From Vulcanimicrobiota bacterium (GTDB taxonomy: Bacteria > Vulcanimicrobiota > Vulcanimicrobiia > Vulcanimicrobiales > Vulcanimicrobiaceae), in contig OY968762.1 of the NCBI GenBank assembly GCA_963695225.1, positions 736,001-800,000 of the forward strand: 64,000 nucleotides of DNA. The letters are read 5' to 3'. A model generated the notes under the pieces. That model was not told where the DNA came from. It made no database searches and saw only the letters and a list, made by a program, of their open reading frames with translations. Positions 8,211 to 18,158 of this stretch are shown here, piece by piece. Within the stretch, counting starts at the first letter, position 1. Every line of letters starts with the position of its first letter. Both the position numbers and the translations under genes were made by a program.

Positions 8211-10274
8211 TCAGACTCCGACGACCGCGCGGATCAGATTTCGGGCGTACGGGACGCCGATGCCGGTGTCCAGATCGTAGCCGATCCCCGCATTGTACCC
8301 GGGAGCGAGCGTCGGAGGCCCGGCCGCGGGGGTGGGGCAGTTGACCGGGTCCGTCGCCCCGGCACCCTGGCAGTAGAGGAGCTGGGAATTGTTCCCGTAG
8401 GCCACGTCGTAGAACGTCGAGCGGTAGAGCGCCGCGTTCGCGTATATCCGGTAAAGTAGCGGGTTCGGGTTGCCGAGGCGGTACGGGTGCGCGCTCGGCC
8501 CCGTGCCGCAGGCGGCCGTCTGCTTGCACGCCTGTAGGACGAGCGCCCACATCGCCGCCATCTCCGGCGCGGCCACGCTCGTCCCGCCGAGCAGGCCGAA
8601 CTGCACCCCGCCGAAGCTCTGATCGGCATAGGCCAGCACGGCGACTCCGGTCGCCGGATCGGCCTCGAGTGCGAGGTCGGGGATGTTCCGCTTCGCCCCT
8701 TGGATGCCGGCGGCACCTTGCTGGTATGCCGGGAGCGGGAAGTAGGCGGAGACCCCACCGCCGCTTCCGCCGTAGCCGGCATTCGTCTGCAGCCCCCAGG
8801 CGGTGAGCGGGCCGAGGAGCGCCCCCGCGCCGTCGAGCGGCGCCGTGACGCCGCCGACCGCGACCACGTTCGGATCCGTCGCCGGGTAGCTCACGCACAG
8901 CGTATTCGCGAGTGCGGGGATGCCGCGCTGGCATTCGTTCGCGCCCACATCCCCGGATGAGGCGAAGACCGCGATCCCCTCCGCCGCCAGCGCCTGGAAG
9001 ATCAGCGGGTCCAGTCCCCCGCCGTTCGAATCGAACGGGTAGGGCGGGCTGTTCCCAACGGGGCCGGCGTTCCCCGGCTCGGCTCCGCCGTAGCTGAGGC
9101 TGAGGACGTCGGCCGAGTTCGCGTCGACCGCAGTCTGCAGTTCCTGGTCCGCCTCGGCGAGGCCCTGATAGGCGCGCCCCGTCCCCGGCGCGCACGTCCG
9201 CCCTATCGCGCCGGCGCACCCGTCGTTGGGGTTGTAGGCGAGGAAGAACTGCACTTTCGAATCCCGCGCGAGCGAGGCGACCTGCTCCGTGTCCAGCTGC
9301 GCTTCGAAATCCTCGGGGTTGCACGTCGACGTCGGGGATTGGGAGGCCGGATAGTTCGGGTCGCTGCTCGCGCTGCATTGCGCGGTCACCGGCGGCGGCG
9401 TCGTGAACCCGGCCGCGCTGTTCACGACCGGGTCGGCGGAGGTCGTCGAGACGATCGAGACGCCGCTCGTTCCGCCGACGCGGAACAGCGCTTTGTACGC
9501 CTCCGCGTCACCGGTCCGGCCGCCGCCCTGCACCTGAACGGGGCCCGTCCCTATGATCCCCACCGTGATCCCGGCTCCTGTGTATCCCGCGTTGTAGGCC
9601 CCGGTGTAATCGAAGGCGGCGGCGATCTGCTGCGGGGCGTACCCCGTCGTGCGCCCGTTCGTGAGGCCGCCCGAGACCCTCACGAAGGAATGATGGAGGC
9701 GCGCGGGGCGCTTGACGATATCGACGGAACCGACGATGGGCACGCCGGCGGCGATCTGCGGGCGCGTCGCCGGCGCGACGAACGTCTCGCTGCCGTTCCT
9801 ATAGAGGCCGAACGTCGTCCCGAACGCGCTCTCGAGCTGCGCCTGCGTCCCCGTCACGTGCAGCACCATCCGCTGCCGGTAGATGCCGACCTGGAGGCCC
9901 TGTTTGCGCAGGTACGTAGCGGCCGCGATGTAGTCGCTCTTCGAAGCCAGGAAGCGGTCTGCGATCTCGTCCGGTTCGAGGAAATGCCGGTAGAGCGGAG
10001 AGTGCGGGTCGCCGACGGCGGCCGCGTAGGTTGCGAGCCCCGCCGGGTCTTTCCAGCGCACTGCGACCTCGAACGCGAGATGTCCGAAGCTCGCGGGCCC
10101 CAAGTATTGCGAACTCTGGACGAACGCCGCGTCGTAGCCGAAGCTTCCGCTCGCGGGGAGCGTGGCGCCGGGTTGCGGCAGGGCGGAACCGCCGCCGTGC
10201 CCGCCGCAACTCGCGGCGCCGAATGCGAGCAACAGCGCGCAGGCGAGGCTGCGGAACCCGTGCGTGCGTTTCAC
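8211..10274 (-). CDS. S53 (sedolisin/kumamolisin) family serine-carboxyl peptidase, predicted lipoprotein with pro-domain
   Basis: Signal ...AFGAASC (lipobox-like), pro-kumamolisin region, EAQLD (Glu/Asp), ASSGD (oxyanion Asp), GGTSVAAP (Ser), [14 protein letters not shown] overlaps upstream stop. Confidence 0.9.
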   Translation of the reverse strand: MKRTHGFRSLACALLLAFGAASCGGHGGGSALPQPGATLPASGSFGYDAAFVQSSQYLGPASFGHLAFEVAVRWKDPAGLATYAAAVGDPHSPLYRHFLEPDEIADRFLASKSDYIAAATYLRKQGLQVGIYRQRMVLHVTGTQAQLESAFGTTFGLYRNGSETFVAPATRPQIAAGVPIVGSVDIVKRPARLHHSFVRVSGGLTNGRTTGYAPQQIAAAFDYTGAYNAGYTGAGITVGIIGTGPVQVQGGGRTGDAEAYKALFRVGGTSGVSIVSTTSADPVVNSAAGFTTPPPVTAQCSASSDPNYPASQSPTSTCNPEDFEAQLDTEQVASLARDSKVQFFLAYNPNDGCAGAIGRTCAPGTGRAYQGLAEADQELQTAVDANSADVLSLSYGGAEPGNAGPVGNSPPYPFDSNGGGLDPLIFQALAAEGIAVFASSGDVGANECQRGIPALANTLCVSYPATDPNVVAVGGVTAPLDGAGALLGPLTAWGLQTNAGYGGSGGGVSAYFPLPAYQQGAAGIQGAKRNIPDLALEADPATGVAVLAYADQSFGGVQFGLLGGTSVAAPEMAAMWALVLQACKQTAACGTGPSAHPYRLGNPNPLLYRIYANAALYRSTFYDVAYGNNSQLLYCQGAGATDPVNCPTPAAGPPTLAPGYNAGIGYDLDTGIGVPYARNLIRAVVGV

Positions 10275-11710
10275 CGTATCGTCCCCCAAACGGCCCGATG
10301 GAATGCGCGGAACGCCTGCGCGTGGCGCCGGATCCGTTCGCGCTCCAACGCGAGCCGCGCCGAGGTCAGCGCGGGCAGGAAACCGGAGGCGGCGGAGAGC
10401 CCGAGGCTCTGCGCCGTCCGCGACGTCGCGGCGGTCACGGCCGCCGATTGCAGCGTCAGCGTTTCGGTGAGCGTATCGGTCTGCAACGGCGTTCCCGACG
10501 TCGCGAACGTCTTGACGCTCTGTCCGCTGAAGTCGTAGTAGTGCGTCAGGATGTCGCTGATTTGCATGCAGACGACGCCGAGCCCGGCGGCCGTGTAGGA
10601 TGTCGTCACCTGCGTCTCGGTTTCGCCGAAGACGATGTCGATGCGCGTGATCGATTGCACGAGCTGATTCGTCGCCCGCCCGCCCAGCAGCGCCGCCGGG
10701 ACGCTGCACGCCGCCGGCGGCGCCGCGGCGCCCGCGTTCACGTACGTCTCCTGCGAGAGCACGGTCGGAATCGTGCCGCCCGGGTACCAGACCGGCTGCA
10801 CCATGCGCAGCACCGGCGTCGGCGTCGGGAGCGGCACCGCGGAAGGCGAGGGTGCGGGCGTCGCGCCGTAGCTGTAGGCGATGGAAACCGGGATGTACGT
10901 TCCGTTCGCATCCGTGACCGGCTGCGCGACCGAGAGCACCGTGTTCGGGGGCGCAACGCCGTTCCCGTAACTCGTCCCGGCGATCACGAACGGGTTCGAG
11001 TAGCTCCCCGTCCCGTTCGCATTCTGGACGGCCTCCGAGGTGGTGCCGTCCGCGAATTGCGCATCCTCGATGTAGGTGCCGTCCGGGTTGACGGAGCGCG
11101 ACGTGATCTGCCCGTCGGGGTCGGTCTCGGTCGTCACGAGCGCGGCGTTGTTCGCGGCGTTTCCGATGCGACCCGTAGCCTCCGGCAAGACGTCGAGGAG
11201 GCCGTTCCCCGGCCCGTAGACTGCCTGGTAGGTGACGCCGTCCGAACTCTTCGTGACCGAACCGACGATCGACACGGCCGTCGACCCGCCGACGGTCGCG
11301 TATGCGTGGTATTCGTCGGTCACGAGCGTCGTCGTCTTGACCGGCGCGACGTCGGTCTCGACGATCTTGAAATCGAACAGGTTCGTGCGGGCCTGGAAGG
11401 TCGCCCCCGAACTGACCGTGACCTGTTGCGAGACGGTCGACGTCGTCGTGACCGTGTTCGGCGGATTCGGCGAGGGGAGCGGCGTGACGGTTTGCGGCGG
11501 GCGCACGTATTGCAGCGTCATCGCGCCGGCGTAGGCGAACGCGTCGCCATCCGCGGCCGGCCGGGACCCGGTGAAGCCGGGGCTCGGGGTCGGGCCGGTC
11601 GGCGCGGCGGTCGGCGGCGTCCCGCCGCCCCCTCCTCCGCCGCCGCAGCCCGCCGAACCCACGCCGAAAGCGAGCAGTGCGAACAATCCGAACGCAGCGC
11701 GAATCTTCAC
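10271..11710 (-). CDS. Hypothetical lipoprotein (Thr/Val-rich, predicted beta-rich)
   Basis: MKIRAAFGLFALLAFGVGSAGC followed by poly-Gly and a Pro/Thr linker; coding-like codon use; translationally coupled to the S53 gene. Confidence 0.8.
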   Translation of the reverse strand: MKIRAAFGLFALLAFGVGSAGCGGGGGGGGTPPTAAPTGPTPSPGFTGSRPAADGDAFAYAGAMTLQYVRPPQTVTPLPSPNPPNTVTTTSTVSQQVTVSSGATFQARTNLFDFKIVETDVAPVKTTTLVTDEYHAYATVGGSTAVSIVGSVTKSSDGVTYQAVYGPGNGLLDVLPEATGRIGNAANNAALVTTETDPDGQITSRSVNPDGTYIEDAQFADGTTSEAVQNANGTGSYSNPFVIAGTSYGNGVAPPNTVLSVAQPVTDANGTYIPVSIAYSYGATPAPSPSAVPLPTPTPVLRMVQPVWYPGGTIPTVLSQETYVNAGAAAPPAACSVPAALLGGRATNQLVQSITRIDIVFGETETQVTTSYTAAGLGVVCMQISDILTHYYDFSGQSVKTFATSGTPLQTDTLTETLTLQSAAVTAATSRTAQSLGLSAASGFLPALTSARLALERERIRRHAQAFRAFHRAVWGTIR

Positions 11711-11771
11711 GCGGTGCGGCGTTGACTGTACGGCGCGCCGATTCCTCGCCCACGCGGTGAGCTTGGCTTTT

Positions 11772-11934
11772 CGCGTGGCCCGCGTCCGGGGCGGGGCAGG
11801 TTCCTCCGCGGGGACGCCCGCGGTTTCGCATCCATGCGAAACCGCTACTAGTTCACTTGCCCGCTCCCGCCATCGTGGCTCCGCGGGCAAGCTGCACTCC
11901 CCGCAGAGAAACCTGCCCCACCCCGGACGCTACC
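11772..11934 (-). repeat. Structured intergenic repeat, copy 1 (full three-stem element)
   Basis: Reverse complement aligns end to end with 28070-28234; long terminal inverted repeat plus two internal hairpins. Confidence 0.85.
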
Positions 11935-12025
11935 TGCATTCCTCGGCCACGCGAAAGCATGAGGCGCTTTGCCGGAGGGCGAACGCGACGAGTTGGTTTT
12001 TTCGAGTTCTCCGCAGTTCTCCGCG

Positions 12026-12628
12026 ATGCGAGGTCCCTTGGTTCACCGTACCCTTCGCCCGGCTGTCGCCCTCGTTGCCCTCGTCGCGCTCGCAACCGCG
12101 GGCGCTCCGTTGATCGGGGCCGCGCAGAGCGCACCCCCCGCTCCGACCGCGATGCCGGCCGCGGCGCCGCTCCCGACTCCCGCACCGACGCCTGCCGTGA
12201 CGCCCGCCCCCGAACCGACGGCCGCACCCACGCCTAGGCGCCGCGGGCACAGCGACGAACCGGTCGATCTGCCCTCCTCCGCACCGACCTCGCCTGCGTT
12301 CGCCACGCTCGACGGCACGTGGGAGGTCCAACTCCAGTTCATCGACCACACCGAGTACTCGCACTTCACGCTCAAGCAGAACGGCCAGGCGATCGCCGGA
12401 AGCTGGAACGTCGACAAGGCATCCTTTCCGCTCGAAGGCACCTACGACGGCCGCACCTTCAAGTTCTCGGTAAAGCAACCGGCCGAAACCCTGGCGCTGA
12501 GCGGCTACGTCGAGACCGCGAGCGACATGGTCGGGATCATCGTGCACGAAAAAGGCCCGAACGGCGTCTTCACCGCCTCGCACCGCATCCCGCAGAAGCC
12601 GCTTTTCGGGCGCCGCGCGCCGAACTGA
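12026..12628 (+). CDS. Hypothetical secreted protein (Pro/Ala linker plus small beta domain)
   Basis: Signal peptide, PAPTPA linker, LDGTWEV...IAGSW...LEGTYDG pattern; start may be TTG 12038. Confidence 0.75.
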   Translation: MRGPLVHRTLRPAVALVALVALATAGAPLIGAAQSAPPAPTAMPAAAPLPTPAPTPAVTPAPEPTAAPTPRRRGHSDEPVDLPSSAPTSPAFATLDGTWEVQLQFIDHTEYSHFTLKQNGQAIAGSWNVDKASFPLEGTYDGRTFKFSVKQPAETLALSGYVETASDMVGIIVHEKGPNGVFTASHRIPQKPLFGRRAPN

Positions 12629-12702
12629 CCGCCGGTTCGCTCGGAGGCCGCGCCGCGACCGCGCGAGTGGACGTTCGCGCGAGCGCGGCGAACGCTGCGC
12701 TC

Positions 12703-14007
12703 ATGCGAGATCATGAGTTCGGCTTCCGCACGCGTGCGCTGCACGCGGGGACGCCCCCCGATCCAACGACCGGCGCGCGCGCGATGCCGATCCACCTCTC
12801 TTCGAGCTTCGTCTTCGATTCAACCGAGCACGCGGCCGAGTTGTTCGCGCTGCGCACGTACGGCAACATCTACAGCCGCATCGGGAATCCGACGGTCGCG
12901 GCCTTCGAGGAGCGGATCGCGAGCCTGGAAGGCGGCCTCGGCGCCGTCGCGACCGCGAGCGGCCTCGCGGCGCAACTGACGGCGATCCTCTCGATCGCGC
13001 AGGCCGGCGACCATTTCGTCGCCTCGGCGAGCCTGTACGGGGGCACGGTCACGCAATTCACCGTGACGCTCAAGCGGATGGGGATAGCTTGCACGCTCGT
13101 CCCCGGCGACGATCTCGCCGACGTGCGCGCCGCGATCCGCCCCGAGACGGTCGCGCTCTACACGGAGACGATCGGGAATCCCGCGGGGAACGTGGCGGAT
13201 ATCGAAGGCTGGGCCGCGCTCGCGCACGAGCACGGCATCCCGCTCATCATCGACAACACGTTCGCGACGCCCGTCCTGTGCCGCCCGATCGAATGGGGCG
13301 CCGACATCGTCGTGCAATCGGCGACGAAGTTCCTGAGCGGGCACGGGACCGTCATCGGCGGCGTCCTCGTCGAATCGGGAAAGTTCCCGTGGGACGGCGG
13401 CAAGCACCCGCTCCTCGCGACGCCGAGCCCCGGCTACCACGATATGAACTTCGCGGAGACGTTCGGCGAGTACGCATTCCTGATGCGCGCGCGCGTCGAG
13501 GTGATGCGCGACGTCGGCGCCTGCCTCTCTCCGATGAACGCGTGGCTCTTACTGCAGGGAGTCGAGACGCTGCCGCTGCGCATGCCCGCGCACGTCGCGA
13601 ACGCACGCACGATCGCTGCCTTCTTGCAAGAGCGTGAAGAGGTCGCGTGGGTCAACTATGCGGAGTTGCCCGGGCATCCCTCGCGCGCTCGCGCGCAGAA
13701 GTATTTGCCGCAGGGCGCGGGTTCGATCTTCACCTTCGGCTTGCGCGGCGGGCGCGCCGCCGGGCGCGCGTTCATCGAAGCGCTCGATCTCTGGAGCCAC
13801 CTCGCGAACGTCGGCGACGCGAAGAGCCTCGTGATCCATCCTGCCTCGACGACGCACCAGCAACTGAGCGACGAACAACTCGCGGCGTCGGGCGTCACGC
13901 CGGAGATGGTCCGCCTCTCCGTCGGCCTCGAAGATGCAGTCGACTTGATCTGGGATCTCGAACGCGGCCTCGCGGCCGCGCGCGCGGCGGGGCGGGTCGA
14001 AGCGTGA
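12703..14007 (+). CDS. metY: O-acetylhomoserine aminocarboxypropyltransferase/sulfhydrylase (PLP)
   Basis: YSRIGNPT, ASGLAA, DNTFATP, SATKFLSGHG (PLP Lys), HLANVGDAKSLVIHPASTTH. Confidence 0.93.
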   Translation: MRDHEFGFRTRALHAGTPPDPTTGARAMPIHLSSSFVFDSTEHAAELFALRTYGNIYSRIGNPTVAAFEERIASLEGGLGAVATASGLAAQLTAILSIAQAGDHFVASASLYGGTVTQFTVTLKRMGIACTLVPGDDLADVRAAIRPETVALYTETIGNPAGNVADIEGWAALAHEHGIPLIIDNTFATPVLCRPIEWGADIVVQSATKFLSGHGTVIGGVLVESGKFPWDGGKHPLLATPSPGYHDMNFAETFGEYAFLMRARVEVMRDVGACLSPMNAWLLLQGVETLPLRMPAHVANARTIAAFLQEREEVAWVNYAELPGHPSRARAQKYLPQGAGSIFTFGLRGGRAAGRAFIEALDLWSHLANVGDAKSLVIHPASTTHQQLSDEQLAASGVTPEMVRLSVGLEDAVDLIWDLERGLAAARAAGRVEA

Positions 14008-14504
14008 TCCTCACCACCGTTGCCGAACGGCGCGATCTCCTCGCACGCTCGCGGACCGTCGCGATGGTAGGCGCCTCCGCGAATCCGACGCGGCCGAGTT
14101 ACTTCGTCTTCTCCTACCTGCGCACGCGCGGGCGTTACGACGTCACGCCGATAAACCCGACGCTCGCCCAGATCGACGGCGTGCGCGCGTACCCGACGCT
14201 CGCCGCGTACGCCGCCGAACGCGGCGCCCCGGACATCGTCGACGTCTTCCGCAAGCCCGCCGAGGCGCCCGCCGTCGTCCGCGAGGCGATCGCAGCCGGC
14301 GCGAAGGCGATCTGGTTCCAATACGGGGTCATCAATGAAGAAGCGATCCGGCTCGCCGACGAAGCCGGGCTCGCCGTCGTCATCGACCGTTGCATCAAGG
14401 TCGAAAGCGCGCGCCTGGACGGCGGCCTTTCCATCGGCGGGATGAACAGCGGCCTGATCTTCTCCCGCAGGCGCGGCGCGCCGGCGGCCGAGCGCGGCGC
14501 GTGA
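14004..14504 (+). CDS. CoA-binding protein (YccU-like)
   Basis: VAMVGASANPTRPSY, PINP, DIVDVFR, IWFQYG, DRCIKVE; GTGA overlap with metY. Confidence 0.9.
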   Translation: MILTTVAERRDLLARSRTVAMVGASANPTRPSYFVFSYLRTRGRYDVTPINPTLAQIDGVRAYPTLAAYAAERGAPDIVDVFRKPAEAPAVVREAIAAGAKAIWFQYGVINEEAIRLADEAGLAVVIDRCIKVESARLDGGLSIGGMNSGLIFSRRRGAPAAERGA

Positions 14505-15619
14505 CCGAGGCGTACGAACTCGATCGAACGATCCTCGCGCTGATCGCCGCCTGGGCGCGCGGCGAAGAGGGGTGCGACGACGCGCGCTTCGACGCGCTCG
14601 CGCGTTCGATCTGCGCCTACCAGCTCGCGACGAACGCGCCGTACGCGCGTTTCGCCGCGGCGCAGGGGATCACGCCGGAGCGGCTCCCGCGGACCCGCGC
14701 CGAGATCCCCGCCGTCCCCGCCTCCGCCTTCAAGGATGCGACGCTCGCGACGTTCGACGTGCGCCGCGCCGAGCTCGAATTCCACACGAGCGGCACGAGC
14801 GGCGCCGCGAGCGGCCGCCACTATTTCGAACGCGCCGCGCTTTACGATGCCTCGCTCTCGGCGGCGTTCGACCGCTTCATGCTCGCGGACGGCGCGAAGC
14901 TGCGGTATCTGAATCTCGTTCCGAACGCACGCTTCCGCCCGCACTCCTCGCTCGGTTACATGATGGGCTTCGTGAGCGTGCTGCGCGGCGACGGCAAGAC
15001 GCAATGGTTCCTCAACGACGAGGCTCCGCAGGGCACGTCGCTCGCGCTCGATCTCGCGGGGTTCGCCCGCGCGCTCGAAGGCGCGTGCGCCGAGGGGCTA
15101 CCCGTCTGCATCGCGACGACCGCGTTTGCGGCCGTCGCCCTCGTCGAGGGCCTCGAGGAACGCGGGCTCGCGTTTGCGGCGCCGGCCGGTTCGCGCATCA
15201 TGGAGACCGGCGGGTTCAAGGGGCGCTCGCGCGTCGTCGAACGGCGCGAACTCTACGGGCGGCTCTCGGCGCGCCTCGGGATCCCGGAGACCAGCATCGT
15301 CGCGGAATACGGCATGACCGAACTCGCCTCGCAGTATTACGACGCGCCGGACTCGCGCGGCCCCGGGCCGCGCGTCAAGATCGCACCGCCGTGGCTGCGC
15401 ACGCTCGTGGTCGACCACGAGGGGCGCGAGGTCGCGCGCGGCACGGCGGGATTCCTGCGGCACGTCGATCTTGCGAACCGCTCCTCGGTGCTCGCGATCG
15501 ATACCGAAGATCGCGGGTACGCGCTCGGCCAGGGCATCGTCCTGCTCGGGCGCGACTCCGACGCGCCGTCGCGCGGCTGCTCGCTCGACGCGGAAGATTT
15601 GCTTGGCCGTACGCGCTGA
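14501..15619 (+). CDS. LuxE-like acyl-protein synthetase
   Basis: FHTSGTSG (ANL P-loop), METGGFKGR, AEYGMTEL, TEDRG, C-terminal RGCSL (acyl-accepting Cys position of LuxE). Confidence 0.85.
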   Translation: MTEAYELDRTILALIAAWARGEEGCDDARFDALARSICAYQLATNAPYARFAAAQGITPERLPRTRAEIPAVPASAFKDATLATFDVRRAELEFHTSGTSGAASGRHYFERAALYDASLSAAFDRFMLADGAKLRYLNLVPNARFRPHSSLGYMMGFVSVLRGDGKTQWFLNDEAPQGTSLALDLAGFARALEGACAEGLPVCIATTAFAAVALVEGLEERGLAFAAPAGSRIMETGGFKGRSRVVERRELYGRLSARLGIPETSIVAEYGMTELASQYYDAPDSRGPGPRVKIAPPWLRTLVVDHEGREVARGTAGFLRHVDLANRSSVLAIDTEDRGYALGQGIVLLGRDSDAPSRGCSLDAEDLLGRTR

Positions 15620-16844
15620 CCGCGCGCTGCGCGATCTCTCCGCCTCGAGCATCATCGCCGCGATCGCCGCGGCCGCCGGACGTTGGTGCGATCCGGCCTT
15701 CCCGCCGCGCGCGGCGCTCGTCCCGCGCATCGCGGAGCGGACGGGGTACGCAGAGCCGGTGGTGCGGTACGCGCTCGACCGGCTGTTCGAGACGCTGACG
15801 GCCGACGCTCTCCGCGCCGCGATCGCGGGCGAACTCGGCTCGCTCGCCGCGCTCGACGGATTCGTCCGGCGCCCCGGGCGCCCCGACGGTTTCGCGCGCG
15901 GCGTCGAACGCGTCGCGATCGTCTCGAGCGACACGACGATCGGCGTCGCGATCCCGGCCTCGATCTTCGCGCTCTGCGCGAAGGCGCAGGTCGACGTGAA
16001 GGATCGCGTCGACGGCCTCGTCGCGGCGTTCGCCGCGACGCTCGCCGGAATCGAGCCCGCGTTCGCGGGCGCGTTTCGCGCGCAGCCTTGGACCTCGCCT
16101 GACGATCCCGCCGCCCGCGAGACGCTTGCGGCGGCGGATACCGTGGTCGCGTACGGCGGTGCGGAGGCGCTCGCCGCCATTCGAGCGCGGCTCGACCCCG
16201 AAGCGCGCTTCGTCCCGTTCGGCCACCGCACGAGCGTCGGCTACGTTCCCGCCGCGGCACTCGCCGACGTCGCCGGCGCGCGGGACCACGCCGCGGGCGC
16301 GGCGCTCGATGCGACCCTCTACGACGGGGAAGGCTGCCTCTCGCTGCACGCGCTGTTCGTCGAGCGCGGCGCGTCCGTCACGCCGCAGGCATACGCCGCG
16401 CTCGTCGCCGAGGGCGCCACGGCGCTCGCCGCGCGTTTCCCGCCCTCGCACGCGCCCGAATCCGCCGGCGCGCTCGCCTATCGAAAACGCCTTGCGTTCC
16501 GGGAAGCGAACGGGGCGGGGCGCGTGCTGCCGGCCGCGGGCGTCACGATCGCATTCGATCCGCCGCTCGACGAGCCGCCGCCGCTGTTCGCGCGCACGGT
16601 GGGGATCTATCCGATCGACGGCCTCCCGGACGTGGCGGCCTATCTCCGAGCGTGGGCCCTTCCGGTCGAAGCGCTCGGTGCGCCGCACGGGATCGCGACG
16701 AATGCCGTGCTGGAACTCGCGCGCGAAGCGGGGATCGTGCGCATCGCGCCGCTCGGGCGCTTGCAGGCGCCGCCGCTCGGCGGCGAGCACGGCGGGAGCG
16801 GGCGGATTCTCCCCTTCGTGCGTTGGATGTATCGAGAGCGATGA
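15603..16844 (+). CDS. LuxC-like acyl-CoA/acyl-protein reductase (ALDH fold)
   Basis: VVAYGGAEAL, FVPFGHRTSVGY, LYDGEGCLS (catalytic Cys), RIAPLGRLQAPP...HGG; TTG start assumed. Confidence 0.82.
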   Translation: MAVRADRALRDLSASSIIAAIAAAAGRWCDPAFPPRAALVPRIAERTGYAEPVVRYALDRLFETLTADALRAAIAGELGSLAALDGFVRRPGRPDGFARGVERVAIVSSDTTIGVAIPASIFALCAKAQVDVKDRVDGLVAAFAATLAGIEPAFAGAFRAQPWTSPDDPAARETLAAADTVVAYGGAEALAAIRARLDPEARFVPFGHRTSVGYVPAAALADVAGARDHAAGAALDATLYDGEGCLSLHALFVERGASVTPQAYAALVAEGATALAARFPPSHAPESAGALAYRKRLAFREANGAGRVLPAAGVTIAFDPPLDEPPPLFARTVGIYPIDGLPDVAAYLRAWALPVEALGAPHGIATNAVLELAREAGIVRIAPLGRLQAPPLGGEHGGSGRILPFVRWMYRER

Positions 16845-18142
16845 GCATGCTCGAACGGATAGCCACGGAGATCCCCGGCCCCCGCTCGCGCGCGCTCGCC
16901 GAGGCGATGCGGCGCACGGAAGCGCGCGGCGTGACGTTCGTTTCGTCGCAATGGCCTATCTTCTGGGAGAGCGCGAACGGCGCGCTCGTCACCGACGTCG
17001 ACGGCAACCGCTATCTCGATTTCACTTCCGCGTTCGGCGTCGCGGCGGCGGGGCACGGGAATCCGGCCGTCGCGAGCGCGATCGCGCAGCAGGCGCAAAC
17101 GCTGATGCACGGCATGGGCGACGTGCATCCGAGCAACGTGAAGGTCGCGTTGCTCGAACGCTTGGCCTTGCTCTCGCCCTTTCCCGATGCGAAGACGTTC
17201 CTGTGTTCTTCCGGCGCCGAGGCGGTCGAGTTCGCGTTGAAGACCGCGATGCTGCTGACGGAGGCCCCGAACGCGCTCGCATTCGGCGGCGGCTACCACG
17301 GGCTCTCCTACGGGACGCTCGAGATCAACGGAAACCCGAAGTTCCGTAAGCCGTTCCTGCAGCAGCTGCGGCAGAAGACGACGTTCGCGCGCTTCCCCGA
17401 CGCGCGCGAGGGCGCGTCGCTCGAGCGCGCGCTCGATGCGATCCGCCGCGCACTGCGCAAGGACAAGACCATCGGCGCGCTCGTCGTCGAGCCGATCCAG
17501 GGGCGCGCGGGGGTGATCGTCCCGCCGGACGGATTCCTCGCCGCGCTGCGCGAGATCACGCGCGATTACGACGTGCTCTTCGTGCTCGACGAGATCTACA
17601 CGGGGTTCGGCCGGACGGGGCGCATGTTCGCCTGCGAGCACGAGGGTGTGCGGCCCGACATCCTTTGCGTGGGGAAGGCGCTCTCCGGCGGCTTCCCGAT
17701 CTCGGCCGCGATCGGAAGCGCAGAGGTGATGGATGCATGGGCGCCTTCGCAAGGGGAGGCGCTGCACACCTCGACCTTCCTCGGGAACCCGATGGGCTGC
17801 GCCGCGGCGCTGGCAAACATCGCCGAACTCGAGCGTAAACGGCTGCCTGGGCGCGCGGCAGAACTCGGCAAGCTCGTCCGTGCGCGCCTGCTCGAACTCG
17901 AACGCTCCGACGCCGTCGTCGACGTGCGCGGGCGCGGCCTCATGTGGGGGATCGAGTTGCGCGACGGCAAGCTCGCAGCCTCGATCGTCGAGCGCGCGCT
18001 GCGCTCGGGCCTCATCCTGTTGCAGGCGGGGCTACGCGGCGAAGTGCTCGCGCTTTCGCCTCCGCTTTCGATCGAAAACGAGCAACTCGAGCGCGCGCTC
18101 GAACTGATCGTCGCGAAGATCGGGACGAAAATCCCCGTATGA
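16841..18142 (+). CDS. Class III PLP aminotransferase (GabT/ArgD-like omega-transaminase)
   Basis: DVDGNRYLDF, SGAEAVE, YHG, VEPIQGRAG, DEIYTGFGRTG, GKALSGG; ATGA overlap. Confidence 0.92.
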   Translation: MSMLERIATEIPGPRSRALAEAMRRTEARGVTFVSSQWPIFWESANGALVTDVDGNRYLDFTSAFGVAAAGHGNPAVASAIAQQAQTLMHGMGDVHPSNVKVALLERLALLSPFPDAKTFLCSSGAEAVEFALKTAMLLTEAPNALAFGGGYHGLSYGTLEINGNPKFRKPFLQQLRQKTTFARFPDAREGASLERALDAIRRALRKDKTIGALVVEPIQGRAGVIVPPDGFLAALREITRDYDVLFVLDEIYTGFGRTGRMFACEHEGVRPDILCVGKALSGGFPISAAIGSAEVMDAWAPSQGEALHTSTFLGNPMGCAAALANIAELERKRLPGRAAELGKLVRARLLELERSDAVVDVRGRGLMWGIELRDGKLAASIVERALRSGLILLQAGLRGEVLALSPPLSIENEQLERALELIVAKIGTKIPV

Positions 18143-18158
18143 AGACCGTGGAGAAGCA

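Noticed and set aside
8211..11831. 1206-aa giant protease as given by the ORF track
   Set aside because: The N-terminal ~520 aa is an Arg-rich off-frame reading of the lipoprotein gene; the real start is GTG 10274 with a signal peptide.
14501..16844. Bioluminescence (lux) operon
   Set aside because: Only luxE-like and luxC-like genes are present; no luxA, luxB, luxD or luxG nearby.
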